A stretch of 64,000 bases of DNA from Yuukianura sp. NJ FZ-2021 (lineage: Eukaryota), in NCBI GenBank assembly GCA_046563655.1, contig CM102285.1, forward strand, positions 10,168,001 to 10,232,000, given 5' to 3'. This document shows positions 36,601 through 51,588 of this stretch, one piece after another. The first letter of the stretch is position 1. The number at the start of each line of letters is the position of its first letter. The notes under the pieces were generated by a model. The model had not been told where the DNA came from. It saw only the letters and a list, made by a program, of their open reading frames with translations, and made no database searches. The position numbers were made by a program, and so were the translations under genes.

Positions 36601-39600
36601 AGAAATGTCATAGTACGTTTCTTGGTCTAAGGTTTGGGAATTCCTGGACTCTGGATTCGAGTTGATCGTTTCAAGCATCGTTGGAATAAACTTGATTGAA
36701 TCATGTTTTGGTACGGCTTCAAACGTTCCATTTGATACAGCAATGGTTTCGTACAAACTCTCTTCTGCTGGCTCCGATGTCTTCGCCTTGGCAGATTTTG
36801 AGCTTCCCGAGCCCCTTAATAAAGATCCAGCAAAATTTCCAAGTGCTTCATAAATTTTGGTTGAAGCGCTTTTTGTATCAGGGGCAACGCGGTCATTGAC
36901 CTGACCTTGCTTTTGGTCGGTTGTGATTGGTGGAGCTGGATGATCAACTTTTGGGGTCAACTGTTGACTGCTTTGAGGTTCTTGAACTTGAGGTAAAACA
37001 ATGTCCTTGAGAAGAGTCAGATCTTGTTTATAGATTTCCGTGAGAATTTGAATTTGCTGTTCTTTTGTGGGCGGCAAATGTGTTGATTCAGCTGAAATTA
37101 GTTCCTCTTTGTTTTCACTCTCATCGACTTTCTCTTCTGGTTTTTCAATTCCATTTCCTGTGGTTGTTTTCATTTCATTGTTAGTTCCGCCACTTTGTTC
37201 TCCAGTATTTTGTTGATTCTTGAGTAAAACACCAAGTTTTTCAGCGATTAGATTCATTGCTCTTGAAAGACTCACGAGAGCCTGTGACGAAGAGGCTGAA
37301 CTGGAAGGATCCAGTAATGACTCCATTTCAGACACACTTAAATTTCCGGAAGTCAGCGGCTGATTAGCCTCAAGAGACTCGTTGTTCTGGCTTTTCATCG
37401 ATACTTTAGCTTCTGAAACACTAGTCGTTTGAGCATCTTGAAAATCAGCGATGGGTGACGCTGGAATTGGACTTGGAGGAGGTAAAGGAACTTCGTAGTT
37501 TTGAATAAATGAACTCACTTGGGCCTCTGACTCGTCAAGGTCAAGGTCACCACCATCTTCCGACATGGAGAATGCCCTGGTGGGAGGTTCAGGGTCATAA
37601 AATGTTTCTTCTGAAAATTGAAAAATTTGCAATTCAAAATGAACATGTTTGTTTCAAAAGCCTTTTCCATATTTTACAGATGCTTTAACATTTCAACACG
37701 TTTACCTTCAGCCTCGACAGCTTTAGTCTGTAAATCATTTACTTCCGGAGAAAGTGTAGGAACTGCTGGGATATTCTCAGAGTCCGAAATAATTTCAGAA
37801 TTTAAAAGATTTGGAGGGAAAGTCTCTTGAGTGGATTTGGGAGAAAGTTGAACTTCAAATGGAGCCACAGCAGTGGGAGGTGAGGTTACATTTTTAAGTT
37901 CTTGTGGTGTTTGTGGCCTTGGTGGGGCCGATTCGTTGTCTTTTCCACTCGGTGGGCCCCAAATCCTCATTAGAAAAGGCTTTAGTTGATTTTTAGACAG
38001 TTCCACATAGGCAGCATCCAGGTTGCCCTTGTTTGCCGTAAGGGCCGTCAGTACGTCTTCACGAAGAAAAGTTCCACGAGACTGGAGCTCAAGGAACTGG
38101 AAAACCAGAAATAGGATTTTCAAAAAAAGTTGAACTTTTGTTTTGTTCAACTTGTTTAGAACAGGACAAAAACCTTTTTCCTCCTTTGTTCCACACAGTG
38201 AGTTACAGCAGCCCATACGTTTCCTTTATGAAGTCTCAGCGCTTCTTTGGCTTCAAGGGCTGAAATGGTTCCGACTTCATTGAAGTCTTGACCTCGGTCT
38301 CTTCCAAACTTCGTTGCAAGAGCTTGAACAGTTTCCACCATGTTGGCCCAATTCTCCTAAAAATTTTGAAGAAAGTTGTAGAATTTGTGATCTAGGCATT
38401 TTTTTCTCTTCAAATTTTTTTAAACTTACTTCTAACCATCTCACTGGATTTCTATCAGCAGCGCACATGCGTAGAGCAACCTGAAGGTCTTCAGGAGTAT
38501 AGTTCAATTCTTCTGCGTCCTAATTAGTACAAGTCATGCTAGCAAACAATTTAGCAGGAATAATTTTACAAAAGAGAAAGTTACCTTGAGAAGCCTCGAA
38601 AGCTCAAATTCTTGCTGAGATTTAGCAGAGTCACGCCGCTTTCTTCCTCCCATCATGTCATCCATAGATAGAAAAAATTCTGCTGGAGGAGGAAATCGAT
38701 CCCAAGGAGTCATGGAACCAAAACGATTCATTCTCTCAAACTCTTCGTACCGATTCCGCGGAGGTGGACTAATGTCACGCGACGGTGGTCCAGAAATTGG
38801 CAAGCTCTGCAAAAATTGCCAAAATTAGAATTGCGAACGAAGCTCAAGCTCATCGTATCACGAACTAACAATAAGTATAAATTAGGATAGCCATGAGAAC
38901 AAAAATATCAGAGTCATTCACCCTAGTGTCGCTGGCCAACGACTGCCGACTGGACGACCTATACAAATGTCGCCCTTCATGCTGATGTCGATGTGATTGG
39001 CCATTTCCAGGCCACGCTTCTCCAGAACCCGTTCCAGTTGACGTTGACGTTAAATGAGTGGACATGCTTCGTTTGAGCTGCGAGTGCTGCTGAGCCCTTC
39101 GAGCATAGCGAAGAGCCTTTTCCGACATTTCCCTTGGTGGACTTGACTCTCTCGAAATCCCAGAGGATTGAAGAGACATTTTAGAAATTGATTTGGAACT
39201 CATCTTCGAATCACGGCCGGGTAATTCGTCGTAAGTCTAGAAATAGAGCAGGTTATGTTAGAAAGTAACTTGGAAGGAATTCAAAAATTTGAAAAGTAAT
39301 TCGATGAAAGTGAAAGTCCTTGAAAATGTACCTGAGTTGAAATTGTCTGAGGAGGTGGCGAAGTTCCTTTTGAACTCTTTTGTTCAATAGGTTCCTTTTT
39401 TAGAATAGCCGTTTCATCTTCTCTGGTTGAACAGCTTGAATTCGATTTAGATTTTGAATCTTCGTCATGTTTCCGATTTTCTCTTAGAAAAACTGAGTCT
39501 AGAATAGAATAGTCTCCAGTTCCAGAATCCACCATCTTAGGAGCTGGTTTTGATTTGGATAAAAGCGCTGGCGAAGATCTTGACGTTGTTTGATCCACTG

Positions 39601-42366
39601 TCGATTCTGAATGAAAAAGTGCATTTAAAAAGTTGTAGGTGCAAGTTCACGGAGAGTTAACTTGTAACAAAATTTTCTCCATAGGAATTTGAATTCATAA
39701 CATGAAAATACTAACCGATTTCGTCAGTTGCCTTTCCTTTTTTCAGCGTATTCAATTTGCTGCCGCGAACAAGTGAGCGATGTTTTGCAGTGATTTCATC
39801 TGAAGACGTAGATTCGGATTCGGATTCTGCCCCGCTACTTTCATACGCTGGAACTGGAACAGGATCTTGCTTGCTTGAGCTCTTGCGTACTTTTTCAATT
39901 GAAATTTTATGACCCATTGGTTGCGATTTAGAATTGGAGAAAGTCAGGGTTGATTGAATGGCATTGTCGATTTCTCGTACTTTAGCTTTCCCTTTCCTAT
40001 TCTTTTCTGTTCGTATGGGACTTTCTCTGGTATTCACCACTTGGTATCCTTTGACTGGAGTTTTGCAGCAAACAGTACAAATTTTAGTTGACTTTGGATT
40101 TATAAAAGTACAATGTTCGCAACTCCAGGGCCCCTGTGGAGTTTCCTTAAGATCATCCAGATCCACGTCATCTACAGCAGCAGATGCAAAGCATTGTTCG
40201 TCCTTGAGCTCCGGAGATGATCCATCATCACCAGAGTAATACTCTGGTTCTAGCGGTTGCGGTGGCATTGGAGACGGTTGCCTGGGTGTCACTGGTCTTC
40301 GGGCAAAAACTGGAGGAGGTGGTACATGCTTCCCTGCTTCACGAGAAATGGATCGAATCGGAGGCTGATTGATGTACGCTTGCTGCGAATCCCTCTCCAA
40401 CCTAGCAAAATCTCTTAAATTGAGCTCAACCAAACTCATCGCTTGATCTAAAGTGGCTTGAGTTCTTTGGAGCGTCGTTTGTCTCCTTGAATCTTCTGGA
40501 TAACCATGACTCTGCGGAGAATCGAACTCAAAAGGTTGTTGAAATTGAGGTTGGACAGGATTGGACCATGGCGCAAAGGCTCCTCGTCTGTCACCACGAT
40601 CCAGGTCAAATGCAGAGTTAGCTGGATGCATAGGTCTAGGTTGTGAAAAATCTCGCGGTGGGACGGGTGGCGGAGGTCGAGCTGGTGGCCTCGAGCTGCC
40701 CCGCCGTTGAAGAGTGGCAAAATGGGAAGAATCGGATGATGAAGTTGGGAATTGTTGTAGATTGCAAGCGGAGACGCTGAAGGCTCGTTGTGTTCTTGGC
40801 AAAATTTCTTCTTCGTCTTCGTCCCATCCACTATCACGACTTGGTGGCTAGAATCATAGAAATTGAGTTAGATTTTTGAAAAACAATCTAAAAAATATGG
40901 TTTCTAGATTTTTTTTTGGAAACTTGTACCAAGCAATATTTGTCTGGAGCTTTGGGAATGCTCTGCTGCCGATGATTCCGTTCCAGCTCCATGACAGTCA
41001 CCGGAATACAGTTTTCGTCACGCATTCTGCTACGATGGCCTAATCCTGGATTTGCAATAGATCCTGAACGAATTGCAAAATTTTGCACGTTTTTCGGGTT
41101 TTGCATTTGTGACATCGGGGCACTCTGTCTCCTGTCCCACGTTCCGTGGACACTTCCTGGACTCATCAGTTTGTTCCTGACAGCTATATTTTGATCTGTC
41201 ATAATAAAAAATTTAGTTATTAAGTTTTAATGATCAATCATATGAAATTATTCTTGTTGGATTTGATTACTCGTTTGTTCGATTCGTTGGCTGAGCGGTG
41301 GCATTGGCAAAGGACGTTCAATCATTGGACTTCCACTTCCCGCGAATCTTCGCAAACTGCCCATTGGATCAAATGGAAATCGTCTAGCGAAGGTTGGTGA
41401 AGCATTGGCAGATCGAAGGCCAAATAGCTTCTTGTTTCGCCTTGGTGGTGGCACAGGGCCTTCCGGTGGCGGGGGCGTTTGAAATTGCCTAACAGAGTGA
41501 ATTTTTGATGGAGGTGGTAGTGGGCGGCTCTGGAGAGGCTCAAGTAGCTGGAAGTAATTCAAACTATTAGTTTTTTGAACACAAGCAGAAAGTTTTTGGA
41601 AGAAAAGAAAGTTTGGCGAATATTTTTGCAAAGGGAATAGAAATTTTGTGCAGACCTTTCTTCTATGGTTGTGTCTTCTGGGATGTCGATGAAACATGTC
41701 GTTGCAGGATGCACAAAATAGTTGATTGTTGCACATTTCACAGACGACGAGTGGATTGGCGTTGCCGCAGAGGGCACAAGTTGCTTGACCTCCATCTTCT
41801 GAAAATTTTGACGTATTCAAACGAAATAAATCGAATTTTCAAAATTTCTTGAATATTTTTTTATACCGGAAGGATGCATTGTGTTTTGATTCATGTTTGA
41901 ATAGCTATGGAAGTTTTCAATTTCTTCGTACTCTGACTCCTCCTCGTTTGATTGAATCGGCAGATTCGATTGCGGGGGTTCAATGACCGAAGAGCGGCTG
42001 GCGCCAAGTAAATTCCGGGCTTGATTAATCTATTACATTTAAACAAATTTTAATAAAATATTATAAATTAAAGTATACTAACTTAAAAATTCAGACTTTA
42101 CTTACCAGCGAACTAGAAAACCAAGATGGCATTTGACGACCACCAATAAATAACCTTTGTGAAAGTTTGTTATTTTCTCGTACACTTTTCTTTCCAAATT
42201 CCTGAAAAAAAATACACAGAATCACATTTTTGAAAATTTGAAAAGAATTTGAAATTGAATTTGAAAATCAAAATTTTGAAAAGAGAAGAACCAATGAAAA
42301 AGCAATTTAACTTTCTCCAATTTACTTTCAACTTTAATTTTCTAAAAATCTTACATTGAACCACAT
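33627..42366 (-). CDS. RNF31: Linear-ubiquitin RBR E3 ligase HOIP/LUBEL
   Basis: Multi-exon gene with a B-box (CALCG...CEMC...[18 protein letters not shown]), NZF ([20 protein letters not shown]), UBA-like segments, RING1, IBR (FKWCSKCSSGF) and RING2 with catalytic [10 protein letters not shown], followed by [15 protein letters not shown]. Last exon VIQEEIPL* at 33653-33627. Start is either ATG 42366 (MWFN, 12-nt exon) or ATG 42132 (MPSW). Confidence 0.93.
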
Positions 42367-45300
42367 TACTTTTGACTAGACTTTGCTAAAATAAAAATTC
42401 AAATTTTTCCTGTTTTTTGTAGCAGCACGTAAAGCGGCAAGGTAAACAAAAATTTTGGCAGGATTTTGACAAACGCTGTAGAGTGAGACACAGCCTAATA
42501 TTGTTAACGATTGCCAATGAAGTAAAAATTTACCTTTGCTAAAATTTGTGCTAGAAGAAGCTGCAGAGCACCCGGCTATTTACCAGAATTAGCTTTCAGT
42601 TGCGTCTGCTTTGTTTTGCCAAAACAAAGAAGGTGAGAAGCCTCTCAGAGATCGAAATGCCACCGCTGCGCTGCGAAAAAAAAATCTAAATGTTCCTTGG
42701 ACTGGTTTGCCAAAAAAAAAAGTATTTCTAAACTCCTACTGAAACCCGAATTTGTACTTCCTTTTTTTAAAATCCGCCTATTGCCCAATTGTCTGTAAAC
42801 TGTAAAACTAAGTACTAAGACAGCAGGAAACTGTTGCTTCGGTCTTACTGCTGAGCTGTTGGCTCAAAAAAGGAGACATACAAGCCAAAATCTAAAAAAG
42901 CTCATCTTCAAATTCTAAAAATAAGTAATACGATCTTTGCCAAAAATTTCACTTTGTGTCAAGCTTCCGTCGAGAGTTTGCAACAGCTAAAGGCAAAACC
43001 AACCAGGAATTAAAAACACTAAGAATTTCAATGGAATTTCAACGAATTGGGGAAGAAAATACACAAACACGACCAATGCTTAGATTTTTAAAAAATAGAG
43101 TTGTATTTATTTCTTAGTTAGGTTTATTCAAAATTCAGAATAAGCTTACGTTGATACAATTATTTTTAAATCCAGGTGAGTGATGTGACTTACTGCACAA
43201 CTTTTTTTGAACTTAGTCCAATTTTTTTTCTAAATTTAATGATCTAAAGACCATTTGTCATTGTCTTGCTCAGGACCATTTCATCTCTAATGACGCTACA
43301 GAGCTTTGCAGAAAGCAGAAGTGTAGTTCTTAGCTGTTATTGTATAAGAGATGGCTTTCTTCATATCTCCGTTTCAATTGTTCAAGTTTTCAAAATTCTT
43401 TTCTCCTTTGAAAATCCAATTCTTTGAATTTTAAACAAAAAGGATGAAGGAGAAAGTAAGTTTTTGGATCCCGTGGAGAAAGGCCAAGAAAAGCACAATT
43501 TTCAAATGCTTTGTCCCTAACGTGCAGAAAAAGTAAAATAGAATGTCAAAGTTCAATTTATTATCTTATACTGCGCCTCATAAATCTGGCAACACAACTT
43601 GACGTTTATAGTAAATTGGAAAGGTTAAGGCGCTGCATTCCAACCTTCCTTTTTTGCAAAAGCAGAGTTTGCTAATGTCAACCATAACCCCAACGCTATA
43701 AGTGTAGGCGGCAAAGCTATAAGGCCATAACATCCTACGGTAACGCTCTAGCGCGGTAGCATTCCCAACGTTATGAAAAAAATTCAGAGGAGCTACTACG
43801 TAGTATAGGTTCGTCACACGCCGTCTAGAATGGCGTCACTTTCCACTACGGAGAAAGTGGGAGTCATGTGCTTTCTCCGTCTGAATGACCCAGAAACCAT
43901 TCGGAACACAACGGAGGAGAAGAAAGTGCGCAATTTCCGCCCTTATAAACTACGTTTTAAACGAAGGCAGACTCAAGACCTTGTGCCTTTGCATTGCTAT
44001 TTATTTCTTCAGCCTCATCTTCCCTCTTCATCTACACACGTATACAAACGCGACCTAGCCCAAAAACCCTCCGTCCAACACTAACATACACCTTTCCTTT
44101 CTAAACAGAACGCGAAGCAAAGGAATCAATAATTCAAAGATTCCTTTTGGCGACTCAAACTTTCTCTCCTGTTCAATTTCAACTTTTCCCTCCGGAATAG
44201 CCTATTTCTTCCTCAATGGACCTCAGCCATGCCTCATGACGCGCAAAACTTCCCCAGAACTTTCTCCGTTGTGCAAACGAAGGTCGTGACCTTCAATTTT
44301 CACTTTCGCCAAAAGCCTACCCGCCCATTGTCTGTATTTGACACATTGAAGGTTCTAGATTGGACCGAATCAATTTTGAGATGAGCATAGCTTAACATAA
44401 CTCTACCTTGGAGAGCCCCTTTAAGCATAACCAAAAAGATGAGAAGTTATCAATCACAAGGAAGGAATCTGACACGAGTTGTATCGGATTCAGGAAAGTA
44501 ACAATTCATTTTCTCCAGTCTCTCGTGACACTCAAAATGAAGCTTCTGAGGTGTGAGCTAACGGTTTGGGTTTTGAAAGTGTGAGAGAAAAAGCGAGACA
44601 TGACTAATCGTGTGACATGTCAGACAGAGTAAAAGTTGGTTACTATCCAATCACTCTGTAGAGTAGAAACACTTTAGTATCTTTATTACCCTGTTCACCT
44701 TTTTCGGCAATTTCGAGGTTTTAGCATTATTCGCCAAATCCCTGTTGCCTTTTCTCCTTTTACGAACAAGAGAAAATGGCGCATTAAATTTGCCAGGGAC
44801 TCCTCGGAGGACTAGACGACACAAGTTCCATTTCTACTGACATGTAGAAGCAGATGCACAAAACATGGAATTTTCCTATTAGGAAAATACAAGCCACGCG
44901 ATGGTGGCGTAGTATCGGTTTTCTCTTTCCAGGAAATGACGATACCTTTGAATATTTCAGACACAATTGAATTGTCTCAGTCAGAGGATATCCTATGCTT
45001 TTGTACGCATTTCCGTGGAAGTTTTCATGCAAACGAAACAAAACATGAATCCCGTGAGTACTTTCACTTTGAATTTGTAAATTTTCTCCAAGAATTTTCC
45101 TTCAATTATAAAATGAGATCTTTCTTCACCTACATACTTCGAGTACTGCTTTTCTCAAATAAGCGTACTATCAGAAGTTGTAAATATTTTGACTCAAATT
45201 TCATAGGAAGTCTTTATGAAGTTGGAAAGCTTCTTCACAATATTTTCGATGAATTAATTAGCATAATGAAGTCATATATATGTAATGAGAAGATTAACTT

Positions 45301-45728
45301 TTCCTTTGAAAACGGCTTTCACTGAATTGAAACTTCAGACGAAAGGATTAAAGTCAAAGCAATTTTGAAAATGAAAATAAATCTGTCTGTGAGCTCCCAC
45401 TTCCCGTTATGAGCTTACGGCAACACAACATTAGTAAAAAAAAGTATAGCCTTGGAAGTGAAAGTTAAGTGACAAGGATATGGATTGGTGAAAGCCAACC
45501 TGTGCCAACATTCGGCTGACATGGACAACCTACGTCTGTCTCTCTGTGTCTTGTTGCAAATGACGCAGTGAAAGTGAAGGCAGGTTAGGATTTTTGTTGA
45601 AAGACACTCACCGCCTACGTCAAGCGTCACACGAGCCAAAAAAGAACCAAATTTAGCCCAAACCCAATTGATAGATTCGACGGGCAAGGAGAAAGTTGGT
45701 ACAAAACAGACGCCCTCGCAGATTCCAA

Positions 45729-45741
45729 TGACCTTTGACCT
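45729..45741. promoter_or_regulatory. Perfect nuclear-receptor DR1 element upstream of the SLC6 coding region
   Basis: TGACCT-T-TGACCT. Function not shown. Confidence 0.35.
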
Positions 45742-48700
45742 TGATTCATTTTTAGTACAATGGAATTATTCTAAGAATTTAGTACGTGCTTCTCACAACT
45801 GGTACTCGAAAGTACTTTATGAAAACATTCCATGACGTGTTTTTCAACCTCCAGTTTTTTTCTATTGTAGTAAGCACTAAAAAGCTCAATTAAAAAATGT
45901 AAATAGACAACACATCGCATCGCTCGTGCCATTCGTCATTACGCGGAGTACTACGCATTCATTTTCCCGCTGTAATTTAATTGTGACAGGATGGCTTAAA
46001 TAGGCAAACGTTCCGCGTCTGTCCTTATCTTGACAGACTGAAACCCATGTCAAACAGTACAGTTTGCAAATAATGAATTAGCAAGTTTGGATACACAGAA
46101 CTACGTAAAAGTTGACGAGATGACGGAAAGCACGCGTTTTTAACGTGGATACTAAATGAAGTGACTAATCTCATCAATTGTCACTCCGGAATCGCACAAG
46201 CGCTTCAGACTGTCGCCGAATCCGAAGACTTAATCATGATTGACGTGAAAACGTCTAAAGGTTTCAAAATGTTTAGCAACATTTTTAGAGAAAAAACGGT
46301 TTGCAAAAAAAAAAATGTCTGTAGAGCGATGACTCATAAGCTGCTGCTAAACAACTCCAATAGCAAAGTTGAAATTTTAGAACAATCTCAAAAACTAATG
46401 TCAAACTTTGTTAATTTTCAGTACTAAAGTTGGAATCGACAAGCATTTTGTTTCACAACTGTTTCAACACTGCCACAACCATTCAAAAAGCAGTGAATAG
46501 AAATTTTTTACCCGGATTTTGAGCAATTCTTCACAAATTTACTCTATTTTTTAATTTTTAGTTTTATGAATTTTGAATTGCATCAAATGCTATTAAATTA
46601 AACTAAGCTAAGGAGTATCGATTTCAATTGCAGCGATGTAGCCAAGTCTGGTAGAATCTAAGACGTAAATAGACTTGGAGAATCAATCGATACATAGGCA
46701 GACAGTGTTAATGTGGTATAGCAAGTCTGCTTATTGGCACTATACACAACGTAATGTTGTGTTTCCGTCGCCATTTTAACGATCCATTGACATAAAGTGT
46801 TAAATAGAAGTGCTTAATTACGCATACTTTTTGCATTCTGTAAATTTCCATTGTGTACATTTACAAACTAGGTTGGACAAGGTCTTTGAATGGTTCGAAA
46901 TTTGAAGAACTTGTAACTACTCCCAAGTACTTTAAATCGTAAATACAAACACTAATGGCACAACTATGCTTTTGATTCAAAACCGGTTATAACTGGTTCT
47001 AAAACAATTGGTCTAGATTATTCTGGTGTGAATATTCTTCTAATGGAATCTATTACGACTGATATCAAATGAACTACAGACGTACTTCGCAGCTACTATT
47101 AATAAATATTCGGAATAGGAGATCATTCACCTCAGAACTAAAATCCAAGGAATTTCATCATCATTTTTGCAAATTTTAACACATTGCTAAATTTCGCAAA
47201 TCACAAGGCGCCACTTGTCACTCATTCAAATCTTGTCCAATCCCGACGTTTTCGAAAAACTTCGCAGTAGACAATGTTCGTCGTCACTTTGTTTCGTGTG
47301 ATGACTAAGGAAATTTTTTATACTAAAACCTAAAGTTAAAAATCTAGCGCCGTTATGAACCTAAAGTTAAAGATGTTGCGCAACTATTAGATGAGTTGAC
47401 ACTTTGTCATTTGGTGTTTAATTTATGGTTTTTGGAATTCCTTTTTGACCTCTTAAGGTCAACTGGAAGTTAGTCATGCTCAAAATGTGCAATGACCGTG
47501 ACCATTTCTTTTGCAACGTTTGTAGACTTGACCTCTCAACTTTTTGGCGTTTAGAGTTAGCCTTATGAGCACATTTTTTCCAGAAACTCAGAACTTATCA
47601 TTTTTGCAATTTTTGCTAAAAAGGGCCGAAGAATCCTGGAGACGGAAAGTTTATCTTTAGTCTATGACTTCTCTTTTCACTTGGTCACCATGAATCATGT
47701 GCCATAAAGCAAATATGAAGCATGTTCCATTTTACGTTGGGAGTCTTTAAGAGCACTAATCTGATGGACTAGGACAGCTCAACTTCCTGAGACTTGACAT
47801 AACCAGTAATCATTTTTAGATTAATAGTTTCATTTTCCAAAGTGCTTGAGCACATGAAGTGGAACGATACTTGTCACACAGAGACTAACTGACCTTGTTC
47901 TTAATAAAAACCACAAGATTGACGATATATGTAATAGATGTCATTTAATTCTGGACTCAAAGGAGTCATTTTCTATACGCCTAACAATTTAAGTCCTCAC
48001 TTTTACCAACCATTTCTAGATTGTTCTATTTTACGTAACTCGATAACTTGGCTTGAAAAGTTACGCGCTTTTCTCGGCGTCTTTTTGAGGAACATCAAGT
48101 TTAGTACAAATTTTTTCCACTGTAAACGTAGACATCTTGCAGCGAAAATTTTCCGTTGCGCATGAAATCAATACGCTTGTAAAAGGCGCAGGAAAATTTT
48201 TGGTTGCTTTGGAAAAGACAAAAACAGTTGAAACATCAACTCAAATTACTTGTGAATGAAGACTTTTTTTTAGCAGAGCTAGCGAATTTTTGAATCGAAA
48301 ATGACTCAAATCATCCAAGCAAGTGGAAGAGTCATGGACTGGCCTTGAATTTTTCGTGACCTTGTCTAAACTAAAAAGTTCACAAGACAAGTTCCATTTG
48401 AGAACCGTGTGATGAGGGGTTTCTTAAGAACACAAAAGATTTGCAGTGAAAACAGAGAAAAGTCAAGTAAACAAAGGATGTGCTTTCAAGTGGCTAAATC
48501 TAAAACGCAGAATTTGTGTCCGCAAAGGACTATAAATTAAGGACTAAAAGTTCCCGTAATTACTTTCTTTTCTGTTATTCATGATGACAACTGGAGAAGG
48601 AAAGTTTCCAATTGAAATTACCAAACTTTCCCCTGCTACTTTTTACCAACTCGTGACAAAAACACAACTTACAGAATTAAAAAATTGTGGATTCCTTTGG

Positions 48701-51588
48701 TGTGCCCTGGAGAAAGTCCTATCATGAAATACTGTTAGAGTACTAGTACTTAGTAGTTATTGTCATATTGCGTGTTGTTACAAAATACGGTGAATGCTGT
48801 CTGACCTTTGACAATTTCCTGACCACGCAATTGAGTCTATCCAGAAGAGGCTTTGAAAAATGATCATGGTCAGAAAATGATGGGGATAAACATTATGAAA
48901 CGGGCTTTCGTCACATCAACAGTTCTTTAAGTCTAAAGAATAGACATGAGAATGAGTTTAAGTGGGATTACAACTAAAAGCATGGTAAATTTCTTATTCC
49001 TGCACTTTTCTATTCGCTTTCGTTCACAATTTAACAACATAAAGGTTACTCTAGTCTTTAAAAAGCAAAGTTCTGCCTGAAATGATGCCGGTGAAACTGA
49101 AAACCTGCTACACAAATTTTCAAGTTCTACAAAACGTTTCTCAGACACTATTGAATCTGGCAACCATTGTATTGTAGAGTGTCAGGCGACAATGTCTCCT
49201 GTGAAAGTGAGGATGACGCAGAGGAAAAAGTATGTAGAATCTGATTCATTTCTAAGAAAAGCTTTCACATCCACTTGTGATCAACCTAGAAAACCATTCA
49301 GAGCATTAGAGGTTTGCAAACACTTTCAAGAAATGTAGAACGCAGAAAGACGCTGAAGTGATGTCATGTTTACTAAAAATTGATCGTCAGGTTGATATAT
49401 CAAGGAAGATGTCTCCGCCTACCTTCTCCCACACTTTCACTTCCGTTTACAGACGGAAATAGGGCCACCATCAACATTATTGCAACGTTGCATCAGCATT
49501 GCAGTGGTCACGCCACAAAACCTCCCCTCCAGGATCCATGGCAGTGAAAACTATCTGGGTCCACGAAACGTCTAGAAAATAAAGGGAAAGTGCTGTACGC
49601 AAAAACATGAGACTTTCATCGATTGGGGAAATGGATCTGAGGGAGAGCTTTGTCCAGACGGAGGACAAGAAATGGCAAAGTCGCAGCTTTGCTTAGAATT
49701 GAAATGGAAAATCTATTGTAAAATTGGATGAATAGACTACGACTTTGGGTTTGGTTATGAAAGACTTTTTGGATTACGTTTTCAGAAATGGAATCCGTAA
49801 CATCTTCTGACTGAAATTCCATTTGTGTTCCGTGTTTCTAAAATAAAAATGAGCCGTGTGGCATGTCGTTGTTGGGGGTTTTTGGAGGGCAGCAGTAGTA
49901 AGGCTGGCTATGCTTGGTTGCAAGTTTGCAAAATTTAGTACTACGAAGACAGTGGGTTTTTTTCCTACCCGGGCAAAAATAGATTTCTTTATGTAATCAT
50001 AGTTGGGAGTTTTCGGGCGGTTCGGTTTGGGTTTTCGTTGTGTCTTCTCTGCCACCACGACTTTGTTTCCGGTCGATAAGAACAGGATGCTCATGCGTAC
50101 GCTGCGCTTTCATCGCTCCTTTCTCGTTCATAATAAGAACTTTTTAGCAAGTACAGACTGTTAGAGGCACGATATAAGCCAAAAGCACGGCAGCAACGTG
50201 CAAGCGCCACCAGGTTTTGCAACCTCGCGACTTTCGAGGTTCTAAAAACTAGTGTTATAAGGTAGGTGCCTTGGGTGTTTATAGCAGCGAGCCCCGATTC
50301 TTCGGATCTCCCCGGGAGGACACACAAGTTTGGAACGCAGAAACCTTATGCTCAAAGCCCGAACTTCCAGTTTGAGTTTACATTTCAACCAAGTCGGACA
50401 TGATCAGATAGACAGACGTTAGAGTGGAAAACATAAGATTCTAAACGTAAACCTTAGAAAGCTTCTAGTCACATTTTGACTTGAGAGTGTCAACATTTTA
50501 AACAAAAGCGGAAAACATCACAAACATTCTAGTTTTAGGCTTGTGGAAGTCTTAATGACTACTTTGTTGAAAACTTTTTGCAATTTGAACCAAAGTTGAA
50601 AACAACTAGTTTTTAGGAAACAGACGCCTAGAGCTCTAGTTCCTGCGTTTCGAAGTTCTGGCACAATTCTAGGTATTGATCCACCAAAATTCAGCATCTT
50701 AGTTCATTAGTTCAAAGTTTTTGGGCAGATCAAGTTCTAAAGTAAGAATTTTGAAGAAGTACAATTAAGTTCATATCAGTTAAGTTTAAAACACTAGAAG
50801 CCACAAACCCTAAAGCCTCCTTTAGATTATTGCTCTCAAAAGAACTTTTTAATAATATATAAGTTAGTAAGATATATAGGGTAGGGTGCTAAAGAACTCA
50901 GTTTCAGAACATTATTGCACTCGAGCACGACGCTTACGAGTCTCCTTATACTCTCACATTTTGTAGACTTTAAAAAAGGTGGAGACATAGTAAGAGGGGG
51001 CGGAGTGAAGCGCACTTTACGCTGCTGCTCTTAAACGAACAAACACTTTGTGAATCTTAATCAATTGGCAGACACAACAAATCCATTGTCTCAAGACGCT
51101 TTTTCATTCACAGGATTTCGCTTGAACTTGATCCAGTGGTCACTTCAATTCTAGACCTGGAAGGCAACAGAGGTCAAATCATTCTGCGCCTCTTCAATCA
51201 TCATCATCCACAACACGTCAAGACTTTCTTGACCTTTGAGTTGAAACACAAGCGATCAAGTTGACCAGAAACACAGAAGCCATTAGGAAGGAGAAAGTTT
51301 TCCAAAAGGCTTAAATCTTCGCAGACCTCAAGAACGGAGCGAATCCCACACTTTTGGTAAATAGAAAAATTCTCTGAAAAATCGATTTTTAGACTCATAT
51401 CTTTCTCTTATCAAACCAAAACAATACTAAGAAAAAAGAAAGAGAAAGTTATGGAAATAGTTGCAAGAATTTAAAAATATTTCTTTTATTAAAAAAGTTT
51501 TGTCAGTAAAATATTCTGTGCTTTCATTTGCAGATAAAAGGAGACAAGTGCATAGGCACTTGAACAAGAAGATACACCGCGTGTACTG

